The position numbers and the translations under genes are program-made. A stretch of 64,000 nucleotides of DNA. Origin: the human T2T-CHM13v2.0 reference genome, Homo sapiens. Below, piece after piece: positions 1 through 19,959 of the stretch. Below the pieces are notes generated by a model, which saw only the letters and a list, made by a program, of their open reading frames with translations, was not told the origin of the DNA and did no database searches. The DNA is taken from NCBI RefSeq assembly GCF_009914755.1, contig NC_060946.1, one strand, 5' to 3'. Every line of letters starts with the position of its first letter. Positions within the stretch are counted from its first letter, which is position 1.

Positions 1-1245
1 CCCACCTGCTCTGCCTGGCAAACACCTCTCCTTCATCTCTCGACACTTCCTTGAGCATCGTGGTTTGAGGGTCTTTTCAAGAGCAGCTTCTTTCTTCCTT
101 CCTCTGGGTCCTGCTGTGTCCACCACATACATCTGTCACAGGACACCTTACAGCTTTTCTGTGTTCACTGTCCACCTCCTGCAATCGACAGTGGGTCCTG
201 GGAGGACAGGTGCCAGGCCACTGTAGGGGTCTTGTGCCCTAGGCATCCTGCAGGCTGGCCCGGGCTAACTGCTTAGTGCTTGGGAAGGGCCCTGCCCTTC
301 TGCTAACCCCCAGCCCAGGCCAGCCTTGTTCAATGAGTGTGCCCCCACCCGATCCCCATGGCACCCATGTTAGGCTCCTCAGGGATGATCTAAACCACAC
401 TTAATATTTGCTGAAACCAAAATACCTTCTGTCTAGATCTGATGGTTGTGAAGTTCTGGATAACATAATCTAGCCTGTTCTTTTCTCATACTTGTTCGGT
501 GGCACTGGTTTGCTGGTGTCTTGAGCATCTATGAAACAGTCTCGCAGAGGCCTGGGGAGAAAGCAAACAGACGTAGAAATCTTATGGACATTGCTGCTCA
601 TTTCAGTGAACCCGAGGCCGTGTTCTTAGCAAAGCATCCTAGGAAACACCGGGCTAGGCATGCGTGGAGAACATGGGTCCTCAGACTCCCAGCTCCTCAA
701 GGGAGATGTGCTCAAATTCATGGTGACGGTATTCAGATCGCTCAGGGTAAGGGCTTTCCAAATTGAGAGAAGCCCTCAGTACAGACCTCTTGCACCACTA
801 AATACCTTACTCAGAAATTGCAGCATAATGGTTTGCATGGCTATAAAAGGGCCTGGAGTAAGCCATGTTGGCCAGGCCTCATGCCCAAATTCCTAGGGCA
901 TTTTCTCCATCCTACAGCCCCACACTATTGGGGCTTTGTAGTAATGTCTGGGCGGCACCCACATGCGGGCCCCCCGTTGCCTTGAAATGACGGCCCATTG
1001 GTGCCCTACCTGGCTGTGTGCACTGGGATGACAGGTCCTGAGGAACACGGATGGTGGTGGTGAGAGAGGAGGAGGCAGCATGAATCTCAAGCCGCTTTCT
1101 GACTTGGGCAGCTGGCTGGGTGGGAGTCTCTTTCACAGAGGCAGGAAACACAGGAGGCAAGCCAGGGTTGGGGTGGAAACATGTAATCAGCGTCCTAGGG
1201 CTGCCATGACAAAGCCCCACAGACTGGCAGCTTAGACCCCAGACT

Positions 1246-1535
1246 TCTTTTTTTTTTGGAGACTGAGTTTTGCTTTTGTCACCCAGGCTGGAATGCAGTG
1301 GCGTGATCTCAGCTCACTGCAACCTCCACCTCCTGGGTTGAAGTGATTCTCCTGCCTCAGCCTCCCGAGTAGGTGGGACTACAGGCATGCACCATCACAC
1401 CAGCTAATTATTGTGTTTTTAGTAGAGATGAGGTTTCACCATGTTGGCCAGGTGTCGAACTCCTGACCTCAGGTGATCCACCCGCCTCGGCCTCCCGAAG
1501 TGTTGGGATTACAGACGTGAGCCACTGCGCCCAGC
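1246..1535 (-). mobile_element. Alu (AluS-like)
   Basis: Poly-T followed by reverse Alu dimer. Confidence 0.93.
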
Positions 1536-1723
1536 TTAGATCCTGGGCTTCTTTCCTCATAGTTCTGGAGGCTGGAAGTCCGAGACAAAGGTGTCGGCAG
1601 GGCTGGTTTCTTCAGAGGTCCCCCGCCTTGACCTGTAGATGCCTCCTCCTCCTTATGTCTTCACGTGGGCATCCCTCTGTGTGTGTCTGTGTCCTAATCT
1701 CTGCTTAAAAGAAGAATAAGGTG

Positions 1724-2047
<324 letters not shown>

Positions 2048-2717
2048 TTAAATGGGAAGACAACCAGTCACATTCTTATAAGAACTCACCCTAATAGACT
2101 CATCTTACCCTAATGACCCCATTGAACACCCTGTCTCCACGCACAGCCACATTCTGAGGTTCTGGTGATGACAGACTTCAACGTGTAGATTTCTCAGGGA
2201 CATGATTCCTCCTGGAACAGCATGTGTGCAGTTCTGAACAGGCCAAGTTCTGAGAACCTCTGAGATGTCCAACAGGTGGTGGTGGAGGTATGTGTCTAGG
2301 TTCGGAGGGAGGGCGGGGCTGGGGTTGGGAAAACGATGGTGCCTAGAGCCACAGAGGAGGGAGCGTTGAGCCAGGATGGAGGGTGGAGGGAGAAGGAGCC
2401 AGGACTAAACACATAGGAAACCCACGGGGAAAAGGGGGATGGCAGCTGTGAATGATGGGACACAGGAGACCCGGAGGACAGTGGAGTCACAGGAGGGACC
2501 CACGGAAGGGACTGCTTCAAGGAAGAGGAAGTGTGGCCATGCTGAATTGGTCTTGTTGGGGCAGGCCTCTTTCCCCCTGGCCCTCATTCTATTTCATGTC
2601 TTCCCCAAGATGGTGGACATCTTGAGACAGGAATTTGGTTTTATCCAAGTCCCCAGCACTCACCCCAGGGGCTTGGCTCAGGAAAGGAATAAAAATTGAA
2701 ATATAAAAATATCCATA

Positions 2718-3030
<313 letters not shown>

Positions 3031-3841
3031 TCAGGTATGAATTTCTACCTTAATAAAATCAGCCTCTTTTCTGAGAGTTAAAGATGGGTAGACATAGACT
3101 TTGATCATAAGAGGCTTATGCCCTGCCCAGCAAATGGTTCTGAGCTAAAGTGAAACACCCAGACAGGCTGTTCTACTTGGAAGGTTAAAAAAAAAAAAGA
3201 AAAAGAAAAAGACCCAACCCAGCCTGTGCTCGCTGTGGCTTTCTTTGGCTTTTAAACACTGATTGGTCGAAGTGAATGATGTTTTCCAGATGCTTCCATC
3301 TCCTCCAGCCTGGAGTCCAGCTGGCCAGCTGGGCCCCCACTGTGGGCCTCTCCTTCAGTCCAGCCTCCTGCGCAGCCAGGAGGCCTTCCCCGGGCCCAGC
3401 TTCCATCCCTCCTCCCTTCAGCCGTGTGGCTGCGGCGTTGCTTCCTGAGTAGAGGAGGCCTGGGCCCATGGTCCCCATGGACCCTTCTGGCTCTAACATT
3501 CTACAGCTGTGTGCTTCGTGGGCTTATGGTGCCTCAGAATCAAAGTCAGGCATTCGAGGACCCCCGGGGGGGTTAGCAGTCATGATGCCTTTTATTTGAA
3601 AAGTGCTTCATAATCCTCAGGGACACCCCCTCCACATCTGTCCCAAGCTGCCTGCCTGGCCCCACCTCCTTGAGCACAGGTCCTGGTCCTACTGCCTTGA
3701 TAAACCCACTGCTGGTGACATGCGTCCCATGCTTGCTCTGCCGCTGAGCTGCTGTCCTGGGGCTCCTCCACCCCTTGGCATTCATCACACACTGGCTTGA
3801 ATCAATAGATAGCTTTCTTCTCTTGGAATAAATATCTTTCT

Positions 3842-4126
<285 letters not shown>

Positions 4127-4270
4127 TCAGAGGAAGTTGCAAAAAATAGCACAGAGACTTCTATTTCTGGAAAGATGGAGAAGATATACTTTTCCCTATT
4201 TCTCCCGCTAGGTACAATCCCAAACCCCAGACATTAAATATGAAACAAACATAAGAATATTCTGAGAGAA

Positions 4271-4578
<308 letters not shown>

Positions 4579-5348
4579 TCCTAAGAAGGCAAATCGACTA
4601 GGGACCACAGGACCCAGGGAGCCAGCATGATGGTGGGCTCTCTGGGTCTTCCTTCTGCCTTGTATATATATTATGAAGTTGGAGCTAGGGGAGCTGGCAT
4701 CTAGAAATGCCAAGAGGCCCAGACAAAAACAAGTCCCACCAAAAGCCTGTTCTCTCTCACCAAAGGACTAGCAGAGGGGCAGTCCAGCAAGACAGAAAAC
4801 TTAGACAATAACTGCTCTAGCTAAACACCACAGAAAGAAAACATCACCCCACCCACACCCACGAGAGGCTGTAATGAGGTGCCCCACCATCCTCAGTGAG
4901 CTGGAACTGGAGAAGGTCAGGTGGAGAGCCAGGTCTTTCATCCCTGCCAGCTAGTGATGAGGCTCCCCCAACTCATGGTGTCAGTGGAGACACACAGAGA
5001 GTCTGGGCTTCCACCCCCACCTGGCATTAGCAAGGCATCCCTCCTCATCTGCAATGGGGCAGTACCCTAGGAGGCCTAGCAGAGAGCCAGGACTCTTTAT
5101 GATGGCCCAGCGGTAACGAGGCCACTCCTTCCCGCCATCCCAAGGCTTCAGATGGGAAGAAGTGATAAGGCATTTTCATTTCACCCACCAGGAAAGTATC
5201 AGTGGAGGTTAGCAGGGAGCCTGAACTCCCTCCCTGATCCAACAGCAATGAGGAGCGCAGCACCCTCAACATTCAGGTGTCAACAAAGGCTAAGTGAGAA
5301 ACTTGGACTTCTGCCACCATCTGGCAGTAATAAGGCAGTGCCCCTTAG

Positions 5349-5741
<393 letters not shown>

Positions 5742-5760
5742 TAAGAATATCCAGGTTATT

Positions 5761-5980
5761 GCTAACATGGTGAAACCCTGTCTCTACTAAAAATACAAAA
5801 AGAAATTAGCTGGGCATGGTGGTGAGCGCCTATAGTCTCAGCTACTCAGGAGGCTGAGGCAGGAGAATGGCGTGAACCCAGGAGGCGGAGCTTGCAGTAA
5901 GCCAAGATTGCACCACTGCACTCCAGCCTGGGCAACAGAGCGAGACTCTGTCTCAAAAAAAAAAAAAAAAAAGAAAAGAA
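5761..5980 (+). mobile_element. 5'-truncated Alu (AluY-like)
   Basis: ggagaatggcgtgaacc...ggagcttgc; TSD aagaatatccagg (5743 and 5981). Confidence 0.88.
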
Positions 5981-6068
5981 AAGAATATCCAGGATACAAC
6001 TGAAAATCCCTCATTATACCAAGAACCAAAAAGATCTCAAACTGAATGAAAAAAGGCAATAGATATCA

Positions 6069-7756
<1,688 letters not shown>

Positions 7757-7925
7757 GATGGAAAAAGTTATATCATGCAAATGTTAATCAAAGGAGAGCA
7801 GGTGGCTATATTAATACCAGATAAAGTGGACTTCAGAGCAAAGAAAATTACCAGAGACAGAGAGGACATTATATAATGATAAAAGAGCCAGTCCACAAGA
7901 AGACATAGCAATCCTAAATGTGTAA

Positions 7926-8468
<543 letters not shown>

Positions 8469-8664
8469 GGAAGGACAAATAGATAAATCAAGAATTATAC
8501 TTGGAGACTTTAATACCCCTCTCTCAATAAATTATAGACTAATCAGGCAGAATATCAACAAAGATATAGAATAAGAAAACTCAACAGAAACATCAACCAA
8601 CAGTATCTCAACAATATTTATAGAACACTCCACCCAACAAGAGCAGAACATATGTTCTTTTCAT

Positions 8665-9221
8665 ATTTTCCTCATTGTCTTGGGGATTAACAATTGGCTC
8701 CTCGTTATTTACGCAAATGTCTGCAGCCTGCTTGAATTTCTCCTCAGAAAATGGGATTTTCTTTTCTATTGCATTGTCAGGCTGCACGTTTTCTAAACTT
8801 TTATGCTCTGTTTCACTTTTAAAATCAAATGCTTTTAACAGCATCCAAGTTACATCTTAAATGCTTTGCTGCTTAGAAATTTCTGCTAGATACCCTAAGT
8901 CATCTCCCTCAAGTACAAAGTTCCACAAATCTCTAGGGCAGGGGCAAAATGCTGCCAGTCTCTTTGCTAAAACATAACAAGAGTCACCTTTGCTCCAGTT
9001 CCCAACAAGTTCCTCATCTCTATCTGAGACCACCTCAGCCTGGACTTTATTGTCCATATCGCTGTCAGCATTTGGGGCAAAGCTTTTCAACAAGTCCCTA
9101 GAAAGTTCCAAACTTTCCCACATTTTCCTGTCTTCTTCTGATCCCTCCAAACTGTTCCAATCTCTGCCTGTTCCCCAGTTCCAAAGCTGCTTTCACATTT
9201 CAGGTATCTTTTCAGCAATTG
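8665..9221 (-). repeat. Local direct copy of THE1-int segment 6812-7369, inserted in L1 ORF2
   Basis: Aligns end to end with 6812-7369; central 235 bp identical. Confidence 0.9.
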
Positions 9222-9601
9222 GTGCTGGGGAACATACACCAAGATAGACCATATCTTGGACCATAAAACAAACTTTAACAAATTTTCAAGAATTGAGAGA
9301 TCATGAGGGTATGCTCTCTAATCACATAGAATCCAACAAGAAATTAATAGCAAAAAGATAACAGGAAAACCTCCACATACTTAGAAACTCAACAACACAC
9401 TTCTAGACAATCTATGGGTCAAACAGGAAGTCTCAAGGGAAGTAAGAAAAACACATTAAATTGAATACAAATGAAAATACAACATATTAAAATTTGTGAG
9501 ACACAGCTAAAGCAATATCATGAGGGAAATTTATAGCAATAAATGCACATATTAGAAAAAAAAGCCTCCAGCCTGGGCAACATAGTGAGACCCCATCTCT
9601 A

Positions 9602-9778
<177 letters not shown>

Positions 9779-9877
9779 TCAGCTGTTTCCTGCATTCCTT
9801 GAGCATGTTCACTGTCAGTCTATGTGGACCGCCTTGACCAGGTTCAAGAGTTCCTTTTCATTCCAGTTTATTGAGAC

Positions 9878-10484
<607 letters not shown>

Positions 10485-10540
10485 TATGGAGACCTTTTAA
10501 GCATCAATGATTGTTGAATTTTGTCAAGTGTTTTTTCTGC

Positions 10541-10929
10541 TGTATTAGTTCATTTTCCCACTGCCATAAAGAACTTACCTGAGAGTGGGTAAATTGTAAA
10601 GGAAAGAGGTTTAATTGACTCACAGTTCAGCCTGGCTGGGGAGGCCTCCGGAAGCTTAACACTATGGAGGAAGGTGACAGGGAAGCAAGTACTTTCTTCA
10701 CAAGCCATCAGGAGAGAGGAGGATGAAGGACGAGCTTCCAAACACTTAAAAAACCATCAGATCTCGTGAAAACTCCCTCATTATCACGAGAACAGCACGA
10801 GGGAAACCGGCCCCATGATCCATTCACCTTCCTCCCTCCACATGTGGGAATTACAGGTCCCTCCCTCAACATGTAGGGATTACGATTGGAGATGAGATTT
10901 GAGTGGGAGCATAGAGCCAAACCATATCA
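10541..10929 (-). mobile_element. MST (MaLR) solo LTR
   Basis: tgtattag...gccaaaccatatca with 5-bp TSD tctgc (10536 and 10930). Confidence 0.88.
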
Positions 10930-11106
10930 TCTGCATATATTGAAATGATTACATGATTTATGGCAACGTGGTGACTTACACTGATTGATTTTCAAGTGTT
11001 AAACCAACCTTGAATTTCTGTGATCAGTCTGACTTGGTCATGATGGATTGTCCTTTTTGTATATTTCTGGATTTGATTTGATCATATCACATTAAGGATT
11101 TCTGTG

Positions 11107-11436
11107 AGTGAAAGGAAAATAAATCTTGGGACCCCCAAATCACTAAACTAAAGGAAAAAGTCAAGCTGGGAACTGCTTAGGACAAAGCTGCCTCCCATTC
11201 CATTCAAAGTCATCCCTCTGAGGCTCACCTGAGACAAATGCCTATCTGATTGCTTCCTCTTCCCTATCGTTTATGTAAAAATGCAGATTCACTGAACGGG
11301 ACTAAATTGTGTATTCAGTGGAAGACTGGTCAAGGACTCAAAAGAATGCAACCTTTTGTCTCTTGTCTACCTTTAACCTGGAAGCCCCCACTTCGAGTTG
11401 TCCCACCTTACAGGACCGAACCAATGTACATCATAC
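11107..11436 (+). mobile_element. MER4-like ERV1 LTR, 5' part only
   Basis: gtgaaaggaaaataaatcttgggacccc...gtcaagctgggaactg start motif. Confidence 0.65.
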
Positions 11437-11741
11437 GCAGGAAGCTCAGAAAGCTTAAAATAATGGCAGAAGGTGAAGGGGAGCAGGCACGTCACATGGC
11501 AAAAGCAGAAAGGTGAGAGAGAAAGAGAGAGAGAAGAAGGGGAGGTGCCACACACTTTTAAATGACCAGATGTTGTATAAACTCGGGGTTAGAACTCACT
11601 TATCAGCAAGGGGATAGCCCAAGCCATTCATGAGAAATTGGCCGCCATGATCCAAACACCTCCCACCAGGCCCCACCTCCAACATTGGGGATTACAATTC
11701 AACATGAGATACGGGTGGGGACAAATATCCCAACTGTATCA
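11437..11741 (-). mobile_element. MSTB-like LTR fragment
   Basis: atggcagaaggtgaaggggagcaggc...ccaggccccacctccaacattgggg. Confidence 0.75.
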
Positions 11742-12995
11742 GCAAGGATATTTCTATATTTTGGAAATCTTTCCATTCGAAATTGACAAAACGAACAAAG
11801 GCTTGTCACTGGAAGTGGTAAGCTTCAGTATTGCGGGGGGGGTTGGGGAGGGCAATTGCTCACGGGGAACTGGCATTTTCCAGATTCGTTCCAACTCACT
11901 TGATCAATGAGTCATTACTGTGTGGTGTTTTTAAAAAGCAGTTGAAATATTCTATTGCTGCAGCAGAGAAGGATCCAGGCAGCCCAGCTCCAGGTTTTGA
12001 GTCTCGGTGGTGACTTCAGCGTTTAGAAACAATTGTTTTTGGTTCAGTTCTAAAGCATTATGAATTCTGTTTAACTATGAACAAATTTTTACTTGACCCT
12101 CTAAAGTAGATCTCCTATCTTTATGATCTGTTTCATTTTCCATTAAAGTTTTAAAAACATATTTCAAATATCCCCTGGCATCAAAATGAAGTTATAAGAC
12201 CTCAGAATCACCAACAAACGCTCTCTTTCTAGAATGCGAATGTGTGGGGAAGTTTTATTAAAGTGATTTTCATGTGCAAAAAGAGATTAGGCACGAATAA
12301 AGCCTGCCATAAAAAGCACACACGTTCTCTGGGGAATGTCTCAGTTTTGATTTCAGGGTTCAGTCTCGGTGAGATAATGATAGTCTTTAACATATGCATA
12401 TTTCTTTTCTTTTTTAGTTTGGGCTTGTTTTTTGTTTGTTTGGCCTATGTCCCCATTGTGACTCTAACTTGCCAAAACTTAAACCTGAAAAACTGGCATT
12501 AGAAATTAGGCATAACATTACGAAATTACACATACCTCCAAATTTTTTCATGCCTTTTGGATAGTCTCAATTCCAATGTTGTTTTATGCCAATAATGAAC
12601 ATGTGCTGAGATGCAGTGCGGGTTGTTAAAAGTGCTTGCCAAACATACTTCTAAAGCTAACCCCGTTAGGGGAAGAAAAAAAACATCACATTACAGCACA
12701 TTGGCTCAAAAGCAATGTACCCAAAGGTTGGCCCTCAAATGTTTCTCATTAAGAATCTTCCCTCCCCAAGGGCAGGCCTGGACTTGTTTGTTCCTTAATT
12801 TTCAGCCTTTAGCTCAGTGCCCAGCAGTGTGAGGTGGTTAATTGCTGCCAACCAGACAGGTTATTTGAAAATATTTGCCTTTAAGAGGTGTGTTAAATGA
12901 ACAGTCCCCAGAAGTAAGATCCACGCCTCAGGGCAAAGGATGTTGTACTGCTTTTCACTTCCAAAGTGGACTTTCAAACTGAGATGTCGCTCTGA

Positions 12996-13421
<426 letters not shown>

Positions 13422-13519
13422 CACACTCCTCCTTTAGGATAGTAGGGCCTGCACCCGGGTGGGGTGAGGGCTGGTGCAGACAGGACCCACTGGTGGCTTC
13501 TATCTGGAATAAGCTTCTT

Positions 13520-13711
13520 TTTTTTTTCTTTTTTTAAATTTTTTAATTTTTTTTATTATTATTATACTTCAAGTTTTAGGGTACATGTGCACAATGTGCA
13601 GGTTAGTTACATATGTATACATGTGCCATGCTGGTGTGCTGCACCCATTAACTCGTCATTTAGCATTAGGTATATCTCCTAATGCTATCCCTCCCCCCTC
13701 CCCCCTCCCCG
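13520..13711 (-). mobile_element. Young, severely 5'-truncated L1 (L1PA2/PA3-like 3' UTR end)
   Basis: Near-consensus 3' UTR (GCTAAATGACGAGTTAATGG); perfect 16-bp TSD ctggaataagcttctt at 13504 and 13712. Confidence 0.92.
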
Positions 13712-14291
13712 CTGGAATAAGCTTCTTCATCCCTAAGTCATTCTCACTTGTTCTTCAAAACTCTGGTGAGAAGCTCCCACTCTGCGGAGACTACTTTGAG
13801 GCCCAGTCTGGGTTACCTGTCTCCTCTCCTGCGCTCTCCGGGTCCTCCCCGTGTCTGCCTGTCACAAGCTAAGCCCAAGGTATTGCCATCCTGTTTCCCT
13901 CCTGGCCTGTCAGCTCCTTTGGGAGGGGACCACGTGTGGCGCATCTTTGTGTCTCTGTGACCAGCAAAGGATGCTCCTACGTTCCCCACTAGCCCCCCCT
14001 CTGCCCACCCCAATTCATCAACGTTCTTTTGAAGGTGCTTTGTCCTCGCCCGCCCACCGCCACCCCCAGCTGCTTTTTCCTTGTGCTTGCTTTCCAGCAC
14101 TTTGACTGTGCTGTCCCTAGAATGTGGTTTTCTGTATGTTTATCCTGCTGGGGCTAAGTAGAGCTGCTTTATTCTGTGGATTGTCATCTTTTATTATTTT
14201 CTGGAAATTCTTGGCCATAATCTGTTCCTTTCTCTGCTCCCGTTCCTCTCTCTCTCTCCTTTTATTCTGGGACTATGCTTACTTGAAGGGG

Positions 14292-14945
<654 letters not shown>

Positions 14946-14946
14946 A

Positions 14947-15269
<323 letters not shown>

Positions 15270-15412
15270 TAAGTTCTTAATTGTTTAGTTCTAGAATTTT
15301 AATTTCATTCTTTTTCTTCAAAGATGCCAATTTCTCATTGAAAAATATAACTTTTATTATTTTATCTGTATTTCTTCTATTTGACACATTAATCATTATT
15401 ACTTTTATTGAC

Positions 15413-15707
<295 letters not shown>

Positions 15708-16055
15708 TCATTATTATTTTAAAGTCCTTGTCTACTAACTTTAATATCTGCATCTGACTCTTTTCATGTCTAGTGATTTTAATGAGGTGCTGAACATTGT
15801 ATATAAGAAGGAAGAAGGCTCTAGGTGATGTCATTCGCTCCAGAGATGGGTCCTCTTCACCTCCTAAAAATATTCATGCTTAAGTGAAAAAAGCTGTATA
15901 CAAACTAGCCCTATTGGATAACCAGTATGAAGGGGCTTTTCACCTCATTCTAATCAGAAACTGAGCAGTAAAGGGGCGGGGCCATAGTTCTCATCATACT
16001 CAACCTATGTCCAGGGTGTCCTTGTTTCCAGACCATGCCTTCATAGTCTCTCTCT

Positions 16056-16355
16056 CTTTTTTTTTTTTTTTTTGAGATAGAATCTCACCTTGTTACCCAG
16101 GCTGAAGTGCAATGGCACCATCTTGGCTCACTGCAGCCTCCGCCTCCCAGGTTCAAGCTATTCTCGTGCCTCAGCCTCCTGAGCAACTGGGATTACAGTT
16201 GCACACCACCACGCCCAGCTAATTTTTATATTTTTGGTAGAAACGGGGTTTCACCATGTTGGCCAGGCTGGCCTCGAACTCCTCACCTCAGGTGATCGGC
16301 TTGTCTCGGCCTCCCAAAGTGCTGGGATTACAGGCTTGAGCCACCATGCCCGGCC
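16056..16355 (-). mobile_element. Alu
   Basis: Reverse dimer, TSD catagtctct. Confidence 0.92.
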
Positions 16356-17162
16356 CATAGTCTCTTTATTGAGAACCCCCTGGGCCTTTGTCTCCTCAGC
16401 CCTAAAAGATGACAAGACAGCAGCTCTGTCCATCAGAGGTTCCAGCCTAGCTCTCCCCGTTCTTCCCAAGTAGCCTTAAAATCTGGCAAGTGTCTGGGGA
16501 GGAGACATTGGCAGTGTGTTTGAGACAGGTCTCCTCCCAGGGCTGATCTTTTGTTCCCTAAGCACAATTCTGCCCTTTAGAAAAAGTTTCCTCCCCACTC
16601 CCCAGCTTCCGGCACCAGAACCCAGCAAATGTACCTCCAGGGAGAACAGGCCAGATTCCCACAAGTGTCCTTAGCACACTCTCCCATGTGACCACTGAAA
16701 TATCTGCTGCTTCCCCCACCCTGCAAAGGCTTTCTGCCTTGAGAAGCCCAATCCTCAGCCCTCAGGAAAAATAAAAAACAAAACAAAACAAAAAAAAAAC
16801 AGCTGGAGACCCACCGCTCACCTCAGGGCCTCCCAGCACTAGAGTCTTATCTAACCTAAGCCGCATTGCCTCCACAGCTCTTTGATGTCTTTCAAAGTAT
16901 GTTTTTTGCTATTTATTCAGCTTTTTCTAATTGTGGCAGTGGGAACTTTGGCCTGTGATGATCTACTAAGTGTTCCGATTTAAAAAGTAGAAAAAGAATG
17001 TCTCTTAATAGCTTATCCACATACTTGCTTTTTTAAAAAAAAATCACGCTTAAGTGAAAGCACTAAAAGCACAATTGCACGGACACTAGGATTGCAGCTG
17101 CAGAAAGCCTCCATGCAAGCAAACCAGAGCTAGAGGGAAACGTGGACAAACGAAGCCTGCTG

Positions 17163-17323
17163 GGCCGGGCGAGGTGGCTCACACCTGTTATCCCAGCTAT
17201 CTGGGAGGCTGAGGCAGGAGAATCACTTGAACCCTGGAGGCAGAGGTTGCAGTGAGCGGATGCTGCACTGCAGCCTGGGAGACAGCGAGACTCCATCTCC
17301 AAAAAAAAAGAAAAAGAAAAAAA
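17163..17323 (+). mobile_element. Monomer-length Alu (left-arm head fused to right-arm body)
   Basis: ggccgggc..gtggctcacacctgt..cccagct then directly gggaggctgaggcaggagaatc; degenerate TSD. Confidence 0.82.
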
Positions 17324-17559
17324 ATGAAGCTTGGTGGGCTGGGTGGTTGGATTCTGGGCCCCTGTTTTTCTGTGCTTTTGATTTCCTTTAATATAACTTA
17401 AATGACTCAAATGAGGTTTATGGAATTTTCCAGCGTATCATATTGAAAATCCAGGCTTGGCTCTGTGGTTCCACATAAGGTCTGCTTGAAGCTTTTGTCC
17501 CAGGTTCTTGAATGGACGAATGCCCACCCACTCTACCTGTTGTGAATCACCCCAGGTGA

Positions 17560-17891
<332 letters not shown>

Positions 17892-19351
17892 AATTCCCTG
17901 CTCTTTTGAAGAAGCCCCCACCTCATCTTGCCCCTGTCATTAAGAGTCTTACAAAGGTTAAGGTCTGGGAGAATCAACCATATCAATCCATTTAAGTCTC
18001 TTGTTGTCTGGTGCTTTTGTGGATTGAGCTCTAAACTTGGAGCTGGGGAGAGAAGAGAACCAGGCTGAGCCTCTCACAGGCTGCGTGAGAGAAAGCCACT
18101 GCCCTTTCCAGCCTCAGTCTCTCCATCTCTAAAGTGGGTACAATACACCTGCCTCTCAAGGTTGTTGGAGGACTCAGGGCCATGCTGTGTGTGGTGCCAG
18201 CCCCAACCCATGGTGAGAGAGATTGGCAAACCGTCAATGCCAGCATGAGCTTGCAGTGGGGAAGGACCCGTGGGGACCCAGAGGAGGGCAGAGAGGAGAG
18301 GAAACACACATCCCACGTGGCCCCACAGACCACCCACCCTGCACCCCACATCTGCACACTGGTGCATATTGCACCATCAAACCCTGAAACCCCAGGGGGA
18401 GTTAAAGGCATCTGGTGGTCTGAAACATGAGAGCGCATACAACATGGTCATAAATGAAGTCAGCCTTATAAACTGTGAAATCCAAGACGCGGGCTGACTT
18501 TTTCCTGTTTCCCAATAAACACTGCAGATTTTACATTCAGAAGGAAACTAAGACCAGAGATAAAGTTAGAGCCCCGTTCTGTGGTGAGATCACCACCTGG
18601 TATCAGGTGTACCTCTCAGACCAAGAAGCTTCTGTCTGTGATCAGGGAGGGGGACTGCAATGCTGAGATAGTTTTTGTCTGTTTGGTTCGATTCCGCTCC
18701 CAGGACAGTGCTCGGCGCATGGTCACACTCAACAAAATCCTTGGTGAGCGAGTGCATGAATGAATAAAGAAGCCATTCACTGAGCATGCAGAGAGAGGAG
18801 GCTGAAGATGCAACTGAAGAAAACAGACAGAGTAGAGTGTCCCTAGGGCCACACGTGGCAGTTTGGGAGGCTGGACTGAGTCCTGCAGACACTGGGGAGT
18901 CAGGGCATGTGGCAGGATCCTTCTGCTGTTGCCCAACAGTCCCGGTGCTGCAGGAGGGAGGGGCGGGCGTGGGGATGGCTGGGCCTTGGGCATCGCCAGA
19001 GACATCATAGCCTTCCGGGACAGCCCAGGGGCTTGGCAGAGTGTCTTGTTGTAAAGCTTGTGGGGTCTGCAGGGCCTACTCTGGCTATACCCACCCACAA
19101 GGCCATGCAGCCAGAGGGTGCGGGAGACAAACAGGAGCCGAGCCAAGTGGCCAGAAGGAAGGCCAGGAGCAAGCCCCAGCAGAAGCCAAGCCCAGCAGAC
19201 AAGGTTTGTGACATCGAGAGGAAGCCACTGTGGTGCCCTGGACACAGCGTGGCAGGGGGACAGGGGGGACAGACTCCCTGGTGGTGCTGAGGAGACACGG
19301 AACACCCCACACTTCCCTCTGTAGAAAGCAGATTCCCAGGCCTCGGGGTTA

Positions 19352-19760
<409 letters not shown>

Positions 19761-19959
19761 CTACAGAGGCTAAGGCCTGTCTCCAAACCTTTGCTCTTCT
19801 CTCCGCCTCAGATGCCTCTCCCCTCCCATCTCTGCCCACAGAACTCCTCATACTCTTCCCAGCTCAAGTTTCACAATCTCCACGAAGTTTGCCAAGGTCA
19901 CCTCTTCCTGCCGCATCCTCCTCCTCCTCTATCATAGCCAACGCTTATCTGACATTGCC

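Noticed and set aside
15874-17059. Shared tcaYgcttaagtgaaa at ~15874 and ~17044 (offset ~1.17 kb) as a fifth templated copy
   Set aside because: Only ~16 bp, AT-rich and similar to a common old-L1 3' motif; cannot be separated from chance
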